From a virus: DNA of 64,000 bases. Shown here piece by piece: positions 55,801 to 64,000 of this stretch. The stretch covers positions 32,001-96,000 of the IMG/VR virus record IMGVR_UViG_3300042475_001686, one strand, 5' to 3'. A program made the translations under genes and the position numbers. The notes beneath the pieces are model-generated. The model ran no database searches. It saw only the letters and a program-made list of their open reading frames with translations, and was not told the origin of the DNA. How positions within the stretch are numbered: the stretch's first letter is position 1; the number at the start of each line of letters is the position of its first letter.

Positions 55801-57209
55801 TTTATCTGTATATTGTTTGATATATAATTTTTTATAATGCTTTCTGTATTGTTTTCGTTAAATGAATTATCGTAATCAAAAATATTTAATGTACCATTAG
55901 AGGCCAGTAGTTGACCGACTGGGAGTCCGCTTGTTCCTAAGTCTGACGCTGTCTTAGATACATTGAAGGCTACAACCTTATCTGTAATGTCTGCACTAAG
56001 TCTTGGCGATAGTTCAATTAAGTCAAAAGTAGAATTTACTTTGTTCATTGTATCAATTACTATTCTTAGTCCCTTTATAAACTCAAACTCTCTATAAATA
56101 TCTCTACCGTCAGAGGTTGAAGTAAACTTAACTGGGCTAACAAAATCAGTTACAAAATTTGTAAGTCTATCTACAGTTTCTTCTTCTAAAGACCAACCGT
56201 ACTCTGGTATAAAAATTTCCCATTGATTATTAAACCAAATATGGTACTCGCCTAAATCTTGAGGATTTGGTTTAATTAAATATGCATATCCATTAACAGA
56301 TTTTTCTGGTTTAAAAGAAACATCTGAGTACTCTTCAGCCCTAACAAATACATCACGATATTTATCAGGAACCTTTAACCCGTAAGATAGTTCAACATAT
56401 CCATCACTACTAATTATTGGGAAGCCACTTCTTCTTGTTGTTCCTGAGTTAAAGTTAATTATATCTACCCAATTATTTCCCTGCAAAGACTGAATCTTCC
56501 ATTTTACGGGAGTAGTTTTATTAGCATCTCCGTACAAAGGATCTGAAAAAGAGCCAGAGGAGTTTGAGAACGGACCCAAGTCTACGGAGCCTACATTTGT
56601 TTGCATTTTAATAACTATTCTATTTGCAGGAACTGGATTGTCATAAACAACAAATGGGGCAGCATCATCTATAAAATGTTGACCATTAACAAAATTATTA
56701 GCAATACCACGAAGTGTTCCTTGATCTGATCTAAACGATGTCCAGTATTTAAAGTTATCATTCTTATCAGCCATATAGTACCTTGGTCTATTTGCCATGT
56801 TAATATTTGAGTGATGTATTTTTCTTCCTGGAAAATATACTGCTTTATTAATTCCTGATCTTGGTCTAAACTTTTTAAAACAATCCTCAAGAGAATATAG
56901 CATTGATGACTTTTTATTTTCTGCTAATAGGAACCATGGCTCTTCGTTATCTTCAGGACTAATTCCACCGTCAACAACTATATCTGAATTTGTTGCTCCC
57001 GTATAAAAGTTTCCAATGTCATTAACGTCAAAAGTGTTTGGCAATAGTTTGTATTTTTCGGAATTTTCTGCAATTGGTCTATATCTATAATTTCCAATTC
57101 TAAAAATATTATTAGCAATATTCATATTCCACTCTGCTATTACTGCAGACTGTGTTCTAACAGTTGGAGATGTTTCTAAAAATAATTTTAGGTCTTTATT
57201 CTGAAACAT
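52812..57209 (-). CDS. Large minor tail / tail-tip protein
   Basis: About 1465 aa after the distal-tail gene; FFDEYNNF and C-terminal IQLGDLV hub-like motifs. Confidence 0.7.
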   Translation of the reverse strand: MFQNKDLKLFLETSPTVRTQSAVIAEWNMNIANNIFRIGNYRYRPIAENSEKYKLLPNTFDVNDIGNFYTGATNSDIVVDGGISPEDNEEPWFLLAENKKSSMLYSLEDCFKKFRPRSGINKAVYFPGRKIHHSNINMANRPRYYMADKNDNFKYWTSFRSDQGTLRGIANNFVNGQHFIDDAAPFVVYDNPVPANRIVIKMQTNVGSVDLGPFSNSSGSFSDPLYGDANKTTPVKWKIQSLQGNNWVDIINFNSGTTRRSGFPIISSDGYVELSYGLKVPDKYRDVFVRAEEYSDVSFKPEKSVNGYAYLIKPNPQDLGEYHIWFNNQWEIFIPEYGWSLEEETVDRLTNFVTDFVSPVKFTSTSDGRDIYREFEFIKGLRIVIDTMNKVNSTFDLIELSPRLSADITDKVVAFNVSKTASDLGTSGLPVGQLLASNGTLNIFDYDNSFNENNTESIIKNYISNNIQIKFYDITVNVNGYDYFVPIKTMYSEGFPAISHSDKKVDINLRDLYFYFESIKAPEMLVTNVSLSYAISLLLDSVGFSNYVFKRIENEKELMIPFFFIPPDKTVAEILNDLAISTQTAMFFDEYNNFVMMSKNYMLPSNDERQVDTTLYGSNDLVKVGPKENVSTQEKISNIIDISSEERNIYNDGVINYNTRYIQRSYGSIKQASMIDNEVAAKNWIYKPALLWEITGDQNVRSINNEVSNQSAYNLSAIPLNSNLSNQPPSVVGNRLTNNVIDLGEAVYWLGRYNGYFYANGEIIKFDAVQYSIPGAQKNILREESDGKFSYTTETVGAIGNVWISSNQEYQDYMSKLTFNGKIYPTGLVRIYAEPKYEVINGITVMKNGDVARHGRGQFGTNIVSHDAGLNTYWKNDTYVRGFNMLSYKLFGLRPGDVYTQQEILEEDLSVTIPGSPDPAKAKLNTRTGVIKNFLSYSYLNESENNTNRSTQAGSVQSSALVMTGPSFSQTEPALDFVSYQYKSLDNKYKHFGTRMRIIGKVEIGDTKEQTPVNAVSYYVLSGTQPNQQLNISGGSGGIAVMINPDTNVGYYFEIVALTEKNVSEYSSDVDNIHNVIFYKVKTDSNGKAVPIKLWGGLSNIIIDDGKFTGQARMMGEQNPTVYDLAVEYQDIGSVRRFYLYINNNLVKIVDDPRPLPVYNNIALFVRGGSKCMFENVYALANNYSQNTSFSLETPVASAFGDEHIDANESFRKYAMSGMVQSTYLSGINTGQPPSFNIYFDEFGTIMREAAYLKVKYDKAYPAIYAQLSPTFNRIKGYTVSGFKAGSYGAEFLIFNATDTSINLDETSGNYLRIQGIAFTQESNNQLTVDSYFAKNANFSDPVIGKDGTIVSPLKAAIDYDKIKTSRLTYGKKEFSLDPVYVQSNDDANELMSWVINKILRPRKNVGVKIFANATIQLGDLVNISYKDNSGTDIIASEDTKFVVYHIEYNKNNDGPEMTIYMSEV

Positions 57210-57850
57210 TATACCTCTTCCAAAGTAACCGAAATATTCCAAAAGTCAAAATTACTATTTCCACGTTTTACAACGTTATAACTAAAATCAGCAAAATACA
57301 TTTGTACTAATTGATTATATTGTGGAAGGTGTGCATAAGCATCATTATCTTTTCCAAAATTAGAATACTTATCATAAGCAAGATAGACCCAAAATGGACC
57401 TTGGTGATTTTCATACCAATCTAAAATTTCTACACCGCCTGCGCCACCATCGCTTGTGTACTCTAAATTATTTTGTCCGCCATGCGGGGACTTACCAGTT
57501 GTAGGATTAAACTCTGGAACTGTAAAGTATGATCTTGAGGGAAGCATATCCCATGAAGTTGATAGAGTTAGTTTATCGGCAATGTGATAAGATCTCATTC
57601 TTCCGTTAATCATTCTTTCTCTTGTTTCAATTCTTTTAATATTAAAATCTAATGGACCTCTATTATCATCAGACAATATTAAAAATTGATTATAAACAGA
57701 TTCGTCTGTTTCTGAACCTGGATCTTGGCCTACCTCTAATCCATTTGGAATATACAAACCAGAAATTAATGTGCCAGAGTTCTCAGACCATAGCATTGCC
57801 TGTGGTCTACCATATTTTTTTCTACCTGTCATGTATGATGATGTTGACAT
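57209..57850 (-). CDS. Distal tail protein-like
   Basis: Follows the tape measure gene; RMINGRMR..K..L..SW, W.ISVTLEEV. Confidence 0.65.
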   Translation of the reverse strand: MSTSSYMTGRKKYGRPQAMLWSENSGTLISGLYIPNGLEVGQDPGSETDESVYNQFLILSDDNRGPLDFNIKRIETRERMINGRMRSYHIADKLTLSTSWDMLPSRSYFTVPEFNPTTGKSPHGGQNNLEYTSDGGAGGVEILDWYENHQGPFWVYLAYDKYSNFGKDNDAYAHLPQYNQLVQMYFADFSYNVVKRGNSNFDFWNISVTLEEV

Positions 57851-60800
57851 TATATTCTGGCTCCTCTAAGTCTCTTTGAATCTACCTGCTTAATGTGACT
57901 CATTACTGCCCGTGCAATTTCATCAGGGTTTGCATCAGACTTAACATTTACACTAATACTATAATTATACACTGAGTCTCCAACTGAGTCTCCATTGTTT
58001 ATTGCCTTCATCTTATCTACACCATAATTTTCAACTGCGTAACGACTCATCACAAACTCACCTGGAGTTAGCATTGCTGGAACTATGTCTGTTCCAAGTG
58101 ATAATCCGCCCTTTGCAAAATATTTAGTTGGAATTAATCCTCCAGAACTTCTAAATGCCATTCCGCCATAAGGATTAATCCAAGCCCCTGCTCTTGCTGC
58201 TCTTTCTTCCGCTTCTCTTTCTGCTGCTGCTTTTTCTGCTGCTGCTTTTGCTTCTGCTGCTGCTTTTGCGGCTGCTGCATCTGCTTCAGCCTTTAATCTT
58301 GCTTCTTCTCTTAATCTTGCTTCTGCTGCAGAATCAGTAGTAGATCCTGTATTTCCTGTATTTACAGTACCACCTTTAACCCATCCTCTATTGTCGTCCC
58401 ATTCATAATCTCCAACTGGTTTAGGTGGTTTTGTCCATCCGCCTTTACCGTCTGAGATCCAGGCAGCGCCAGGTTGTTTTTGGTTATTAGTATTAGTATT
58501 ACCAGTGTTGGTATTAGTATTGCCAGTGTTAGTGCTGGAACTACTTGAACTACTAGAACTGCTTGAACTGCTAGAGCCACCAAGATCTATAGTTGTTATA
58601 TATCTTGTAATGTTTTCTGTAATATTTCTTATTTCATTAATTATGGTTTCTGTTTCTACACTATCTGGAATTGCATTTATAGTTGCTAAAATTGATGTCC
58701 ATGAAGTATCTGATGCTGATGCTGCTGCTGCAGCACCTTCCATTGCTAAAGCATAGGCTTCTGCTAAACCTTCTATTGCCTCTAACTTTATAACCATATT
58801 TTCATAATCTTCTAAAGTCATGCCAGCACTGTCATCGATGTCTTCTGCTGCATCAACTATACTTTGTAGATATTGTTCCTGTTGGAATAAATTATCTTCT
58901 TGATCTTGATATTTCTTTACTATTTTTTCTTGTTCGGCAAGATTTGCTTTTGCTGCAGTAACTTGTGCCTGAGCAGCAGTAACTCCTTTTTCAGCCTCAA
59001 GTACAGAAGCCTTAGCAGCAGCAAGTTCGGCCTCTGCTGCTATTTTTATCTTTTCAATTGCTGCAGCACGGCCTTCTTCAATCTTAGCAATATTTGCTTT
59101 AATAGTTTCGATTTGTTTTTCTAATTCTAGTCTTGCAGGATCATTTTCTAATTTATAAATTGCCTGACTAATCTGGAACTGTCTTTCAGAAATTTGTTCT
59201 CTGGTCATTCCAGTTTCTGCGCCACGCAAAGAATTAAGTTCATTCTTTCTGGCTTGTTCAAGAGATGACATCTGAGCATTTGCCATTCTTTCTTGTTCTG
59301 ATGCTCTCATTTCCTGTGCTGCTCTTGCTGCTGCTGCTATATCACCTTGAGATAATGCATCTGCTAAACCTAATTGCTGCTGTTGTGAGGCAGCAATATC
59401 TTGATTAATTTCGTTTACTTTTTGCAATGCTTCTAATTGTTTATCATATTTTTCATTAATTGATTCAGCCTGATAATCCATTATTGCAAGATCATTATTT
59501 AATTTATCAGATTCCTTATTTAATTTATCAACTTCATCTTGATATTTAATCTTAATTTGTTTTTCAATTGAATCTATCTTATCTTCTTCTGCTTTTATTA
59601 GGTTGTCTATTCTCTTATTTTCATTATCAATTGCTTTTTCTAAATTATCTTGAGCGGCATCTAAACGATCTTGGGCAGCAGATAAAGCATCTTCAGCAGA
59701 AGATAAAGCATCTTGAGCAGCATTTACATTGCCTTGTAACTGACTTGCTCTTTGTTGTGCTAACCCTAATGTTTGAGCATTGGCTGCTCTTTGTTTTTGA
59801 ATTGATGCAAGTGTTTGTCCTGCTCCGATTTGAGGAATTGCAAGACCAGCAGCCTTATATCTTTCTGCCACAGTAGCCATTGCTTGCTGCCCAATATTTT
59901 GTCCACCAACCTGTTTTCCAGTTTTTTTATCTGTTCTTATTGCTGTTGTAATTCCTGGTAATTCTGAAAGAGTCATATTAGAGTATGCAAGTTTTCTGGC
60001 TTTCATAACCTTTTGTGCTGCTTCAAAACCTGTTCTTGCTTGTTCTGCAGGACTTGATGTAGCAAAATCTATTGCAACTTGTAGTTTTGAATTTGCTTTT
60101 ATTGCATTAAGTCCATCTACTATTTCTTTTAATCTATCCCTAGCATCTGCAGCGCCAGACTCATAATCTTGCATTGCAGCAATTGCTGCTGAAAGTTGTT
60201 CTGGATCTTTTATAATATCTAACATTGCACCCTTTGACAATGTTATTCCTTCCTTTGACATCTTTTGGAAGAATTCTAAAACCTTTGGAACCTGTTTAAT
60301 GTTTGCAGCCTGTTCTAGCGCCTGAGAGCCTTTTGAAATAAGACCATTAATTCTCTCTCTTATAACTACCTGATTGTTAAGTGCAGCATTTGTTTTTAAA
60401 TCTTGCTCTGTAATTTTTCCATTTGCAATTGCAGAAGTAGTATATTCATCTTGTAAAATTCTTTCAATAGCAGTAGCACTATATCCAAGGGCAACTAACT
60501 TTCTTCTTGTTACTTCTTGCTCATTAAGAATTGCTAAAGACTTACCAGCAGCAGTATTAAACTCTCCAATAATAGCAGCATCAAAAGCCTTTGACATTGT
60601 TTTTGCATTATCAGCAAGAACAACATCTCCAACCTTTGCACCCTTTGGTAATAGTTTTTTACCCTTTGGATCAAATGGATCTACGACTCTTCCTTTATTT
60701 TTACCTCTTTTTATTTTGGTAGTCGCAGTCTTCATAAACTTGGCTTGTTCTGCTGGATCTAAATTCATTAACCAGTCAGCGAACTGCCTACTAGCGCCAA

Positions 60801-63800
60801 TCTTTTCTAGTTGTTGCTGAATGCCTTGATACTTATTTGCTATTGATTGAAGGTTGCCTGATGCTAAGGCTTTGTTTAATTCTTTTATACCGCCAGAAGC
60901 GTCGATTGCAGCGTTACGAACATTTTTTAATCTTGCAAGAATAAATGCATATGGATCTTCTTTCTTACCGCCACCATCGCTAGGACCTTTATACTTTCCG
61001 CCATCTTTAGTATAGATTTTTCCATCTTCGCCAACATAAGTTTTTGCTGCTTCTGATGCAACTGTTGTAGCGTCACTTGCAGCAAGTTTGCTTGATTCTG
61101 CATTATATGTTAACTCTCCAACAGCCTTTGCTGCAGTTCCAGTTAAACCTTTTGTTGCTGCCTTTGCTTTTTCTGCAGCAATTTTTCTTGCCCATTCTAT
61201 TTTTGCTTCTGGGCTTGCGAATATAAGATCATATACAGTTTTATATTTTGAAATTGCTTCTTTCTTTGCAACGTCTGGAAGTGCATCCCAATCTTTCCAC
61301 TGAGACATTAATGTTTGCATGCTGCTCTTATTGATTCCAGCAATACCCATTTCTGTTATTTTTGCAATTGCCTCTTTAGTTATTGGAGTTGGTACTTGCT
61401 CTATCTTGTCTAAATCATTTGCAAGTTTCTCTAATCCTTCTATACCTTGAGCCTTTATAAAGGCCTCCATGTTAATTTCTTTACCATCCATAACTGAAAG
61501 TTGTGCAAGTGCTTTGCCTATCTTATCAAATTGTGCTGGATCTTTACTTATAACATCTGCAGACATTTGCATAGCAAGTTCTTTATTATCAAAATCAGTA
61601 AAGAATTCCATCATCTCTACAGTTTTTTGTGGGCCATGAACTTCCATGCCCATATTTAATGTGTTGTAAAGATCTCCTTCTTTGCCTTCAAACATCTTCA
61701 AGAATGAATTAAATTGATCTGGGTTAGCAAATCCTTGTCCCATTAATACGTTTGCAACAACTTCGAGTTCTTGAGCCTGCCCCATGCTCTTGAATCCTCT
61801 ACTAGCAAAATTAGTACTACCGCTTACACCTGCAAGTTTTTGTTGTACAACCTTTGTCATTCCTGGAAAATCAGTTTTGTATCTTTCTTGTACAGATGAT
61901 TTTAATGCATCAAAGTATGCATCTTCTTCAGCATCTCCACCAAAAATTGCAGCACGTGTATTTTGAATATTTTCTCTAAATGTTTTAATCTCTGATTGAA
62001 TTTGATCATTAACCTTTTTATTCATTTGAGAAACATCTGTTATCATTTGAGAATCTAATTCTGCAATCTTGGACTTTAGTTCTAATTGTTTTTCAAGATT
62101 AGTTGTTTGTGCTAATTGTTTTTCTAATAACTGTATTTGCTTTTTATATTGCCATTCTGTAGCGTCTGCCTGTGCCTGTGCTAACTGTACATTATTAACA
62201 CTTAATGCTGCAAGCCTTGCTGCAGAATCTCTTCCGCCACCAGCACTTAATGCTTGTAATTCTGACTTTGTTCTTTCGCCTGCTTGTTGAATTATTTTCA
62301 TTCTAACTGCAAGAGGATCTTTTGTTAAATCTTCCCCATTGGCGCCTATAATGCTATCAAGATTGCCTAAAATATTTACTGTATATTTTCTGCTTCCTAA
62401 CTTAACTCCGATTTGTTCTGCAATGCTTGCTGCTTGCTCTGGAGTCAATACTCCATCTGAAATATATGAGGCTAACTGCAAACCAAAACTTTTAGCAGCA
62501 TCCCTGGAGCCAAAGTCTTCCATATTTTTAACAAAGCCTTCAGCCATCTTTTTACCAACATCTGATTGTAAAAATGTATCTCCAAACCTTGATCCAGCAC
62601 GTCTTACATCGTTATAATCATTGAATGAACCCTTAGATCTTACTTCCTGCATTGCACGTGATGCGCCAACCTTGTTTGTTATAGCGCCAATTTCTTCCAT
62701 CTTTGTTGTAGTAGCAGAAACTGAATTTACATATTCCGCCTGCTTTTTTGCTGCATTTTCAAAATGTTTGTTCAATGCAAACAAACCAGTTCCGACGGCT
62801 ATTGCTGCTGTAGTTACCAAACCAATAGGACCCATGCCAGCAAACATAGGAGCCATACCAGCAACCGCAGAAGCACCCATAAGCCCCATGCCCATTCCAG
62901 TATTTCCAGACATCATAGCAGCCATACCAGCCGTTCCTAGGGCCATTGAGGCACCACCAGAGAATCTTCCTACCTTCTCTTGACGCATTGCTTTAGCATT
63001 ATTCTTTTCTTGTTTAGCAAGTTCTTTTGCGCTTAATTGTCTTGTCTGTCTGTTCTTTAATTCTTCTCGCTCTATTTGACTTTTTCTTCTAGCATTAGCG
63101 TTATTGACTTCTTCTTGTACCTTTATTTTTCTATATCTTCTTAAAGCGTCGTCAATTTGTTGTTTAGTATATCTATTTTGTTGCTGTAGCAATCTTTGCT
63201 GATCTTGCATCGCCTTTGTAATACGACCTCTTGCAGCCTTACTTAATGTTGGATCTCCAGCATCTCTTCCTGTCATAACAAAGCCACGTCCAAGACGTCT
63301 TACTTGAGTTCCTGTCGCTACTCTATTTGTTGATGTTTCTGTTGCAACTCTTCTATCAGTTGACTTTCCAGTATCTGCAACTGCTCCTGCTGGCTTTGGA
63401 CTAGTATTAGCAGTGGTAAGTTTTGTTATTGCTCCTGTTTTAGTATCAACCATGTATTCTTTATTAGGATTTACTAAAACATTTGTTCCTTTTGTAGCCC
63501 CGCTTGCCAAATTAAATTGTGGTCTCCATTGATTGTAGTATCCTGTACCAAGTCTTCCATCAATTAATTCTGCTACTGCTCTAGACTGTCTTACTTCTCC
63601 TAGTTTAGGAAATGCCTTTGGCTTAGTTGTTTGGCTCTTTAGAAAATCTTCAGAAATAATATCAAGTTGTGCTGCTGCTCTAACTAACTTAACTTCAGAT
63701 GTGTTGGTCGGATGATTTTGACCAGACATATAGGTTGCTGAGTTTCTAAATTCTTTAATTTGATCTGGAGTTAATCTTAAAGCATTATTGTTTTTATCAT

Positions 63801-64000
63801 TCCAATCTAATATGTTGGTTGCTCTTTTACCAGCATTCATATAATTATTTAATAATCTTACGTCAAATAGTGCAGTTCCTTTAAGCCATTTTGCAGCACC
63901 TCTTCCTGACTCTCCTGTTTTTGCTATGTGGGATAGTTCTGGTCTTAATGCTTGAGCAATTTGTTTTTCTGTATATCCTAAAGATCTCATAGATTCTTTT
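57850..64000 (-). CDS. Tape measure protein (5' end outside the window)
   Basis: >2000 aa, Ala/Gly TM patch, long coiled coils, C-terminal FAKGG..GTDIVPAMLTPGEFV motif. Confidence 0.9.
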   Translation of the reverse strand, partial: KESMRSLGYTEKQIAQALRPELSHIAKTGESGRGAAKWLKGTALFDVRLLNNYMNAGKRATNILDWNDKNNNALRLTPDQIKEFRNSATYMSGQNHPTNTSEVKLVRAAAQLDIISEDFLKSQTTKPKAFPKLGEVRQSRAVAELIDGRLGTGYYNQWRPQFNLASGATKGTNVLVNPNKEYMVDTKTGAITKLTTANTSPKPAGAVADTGKSTDRRVATETSTNRVATGTQVRRLGRGFVMTGRDAGDPTLSKAARGRITKAMQDQQRLLQQQNRYTKQQIDDALRRYRKIKVQEEVNNANARRKSQIEREELKNRQTRQLSAKELAKQEKNNAKAMRQEKVGRFSGGASMALGTAGMAAMMSGNTGMGMGLMGASAVAGMAPMFAGMGPIGLVTTAAIAVGTGLFALNKHFENAAKKQAEYVNSVSATTTKMEEIGAITNKVGASRAMQEVRSKGSFNDYNDVRRAGSRFGDTFLQSDVGKKMAEGFVKNMEDFGSRDAAKSFGLQLASYISDGVLTPEQAASIAEQIGVKLGSRKYTVNILGNLDSIIGANGEDLTKDPLAVRMKIIQQAGERTKSELQALSAGGGRDSAARLAALSVNNVQLAQAQADATEWQYKKQIQLLEKQLAQTTNLEKQLELKSKIAELDSQMITDVSQMNKKVNDQIQSEIKTFRENIQNTRAAIFGGDAEEDAYFDALKSSVQERYKTDFPGMTKVVQQKLAGVSGSTNFASRGFKSMGQAQELEVVANVLMGQGFANPDQFNSFLKMFEGKEGDLYNTLNMGMEVHGPQKTVEMMEFFTDFDNKELAMQMSADVISKDPAQFDKIGKALAQLSVMDGKEINMEAFIKAQGIEGLEKLANDLDKIEQVPTPITKEAIAKITEMGIAGINKSSMQTLMSQWKDWDALPDVAKKEAISKYKTVYDLIFASPEAKIEWARKIAAEKAKAATKGLTGTAAKAVGELTYNAESSKLAASDATTVASEAAKTYVGEDGKIYTKDGGKYKGPSDGGGKKEDPYAFILARLKNVRNAAIDASGGIKELNKALASGNLQSIANKYQGIQQQLEKIGASRQFADWLMNLDPAEQAKFMKTATTKIKRGKNKGRVVDPFDPKGKKLLPKGAKVGDVVLADNAKTMSKAFDAAIIGEFNTAAGKSLAILNEQEVTRRKLVALGYSATAIERILQDEYTTSAIANGKITEQDLKTNAALNNQVVIRERINGLISKGSQALEQAANIKQVPKVLEFFQKMSKEGITLSKGAMLDIIKDPEQLSAAIAAMQDYESGAADARDRLKEIVDGLNAIKANSKLQVAIDFATSSPAEQARTGFEAAQKVMKARKLAYSNMTLSELPGITTAIRTDKKTGKQVGGQNIGQQAMATVAERYKAAGLAIPQIGAGQTLASIQKQRAANAQTLGLAQQRASQLQGNVNAAQDALSSAEDALSAAQDRLDAAQDNLEKAIDNENKRIDNLIKAEEDKIDSIEKQIKIKYQDEVDKLNKESDKLNNDLAIMDYQAESINEKYDKQLEALQKVNEINQDIAASQQQQLGLADALSQGDIAAAARAAQEMRASEQERMANAQMSSLEQARKNELNSLRGAETGMTREQISERQFQISQAIYKLENDPARLELEKQIETIKANIAKIEEGRAAAIEKIKIAAEAELAAAKASVLEAEKGVTAAQAQVTAAKANLAEQEKIVKKYQDQEDNLFQQEQYLQSIVDAAEDIDDSAGMTLEDYENMVIKLEAIEGLAEAYALAMEGAAAAASASDTSWTSILATINAIPDSVETETIINEIRNITENITRYITTIDLGGSSSSSSSSSSSSSSTNTGNTNTNTGNTNTNNQKQPGAAWISDGKGGWTKPPKPVGDYEWDDNRGWVKGGTVNTGNTGSTTDSAAEARLREEARLKAEADAAAAKAAAEAKAAAEKAAAEREAEERAARAGAWINPYGGMAFRSSGGLIPTKYFAKGGLSLGTDIVPAMLTPGEFVMSRYAVENYGVDKMKAINNGDSVGDSVYNYSISVNVKSDANPDEIARAVMSHIKQVDSKRLRGARI

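Noticed and set aside
1-64000. Stop-codon reassignment
   Set aside because: Long core genes are intact in the standard code, all three stops are used, and no suppressor tRNA is seen

Overview
A 64-kb AT-rich segment of a large tailed dsDNA phage that most likely infects Actinobacteria (WhiB gene, AGAAAGGA Shine-Dalgarno sites, many leaderless genes). Layout: (1) about 1-8.1 kb, + strand early/host-takeover cassette with small genes, strong SigA-type promoters and repeated cis-elements; (2) about 8.1-9.2 kb, repeat-rich, largely non-coding region with three perfect DnaA boxes; (3) about 9.2-35 kb, accessory region with four Fe(II)/2OG-type oxygenases, two glycosyltransferases, 7 tRNAs, catalase-peroxidase KatG, Hsp20, a flavin halogenase, an APS-kinase/nucleotidyltransferase fusion, WhiB, secreted proteins and lysis genes; (4) about 36-50 kb, - strand terminase, recombination and DnaE-type replication module; (5) about 50-64 kb, tail genes ending in a partial tape measure gene. 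The most striking unannotated signal is a six-copy, covarying H-type RNA pseudoknot (stem-C-UGAGCA-Y-stem-..AAAC-UGCUC) lying 3' of genes. One copy caps a hairpin RNA whose loop is complementary to the phage's own Shine-Dalgarno sequence. All protein family calls come from motif recognition by eye, not database searches.
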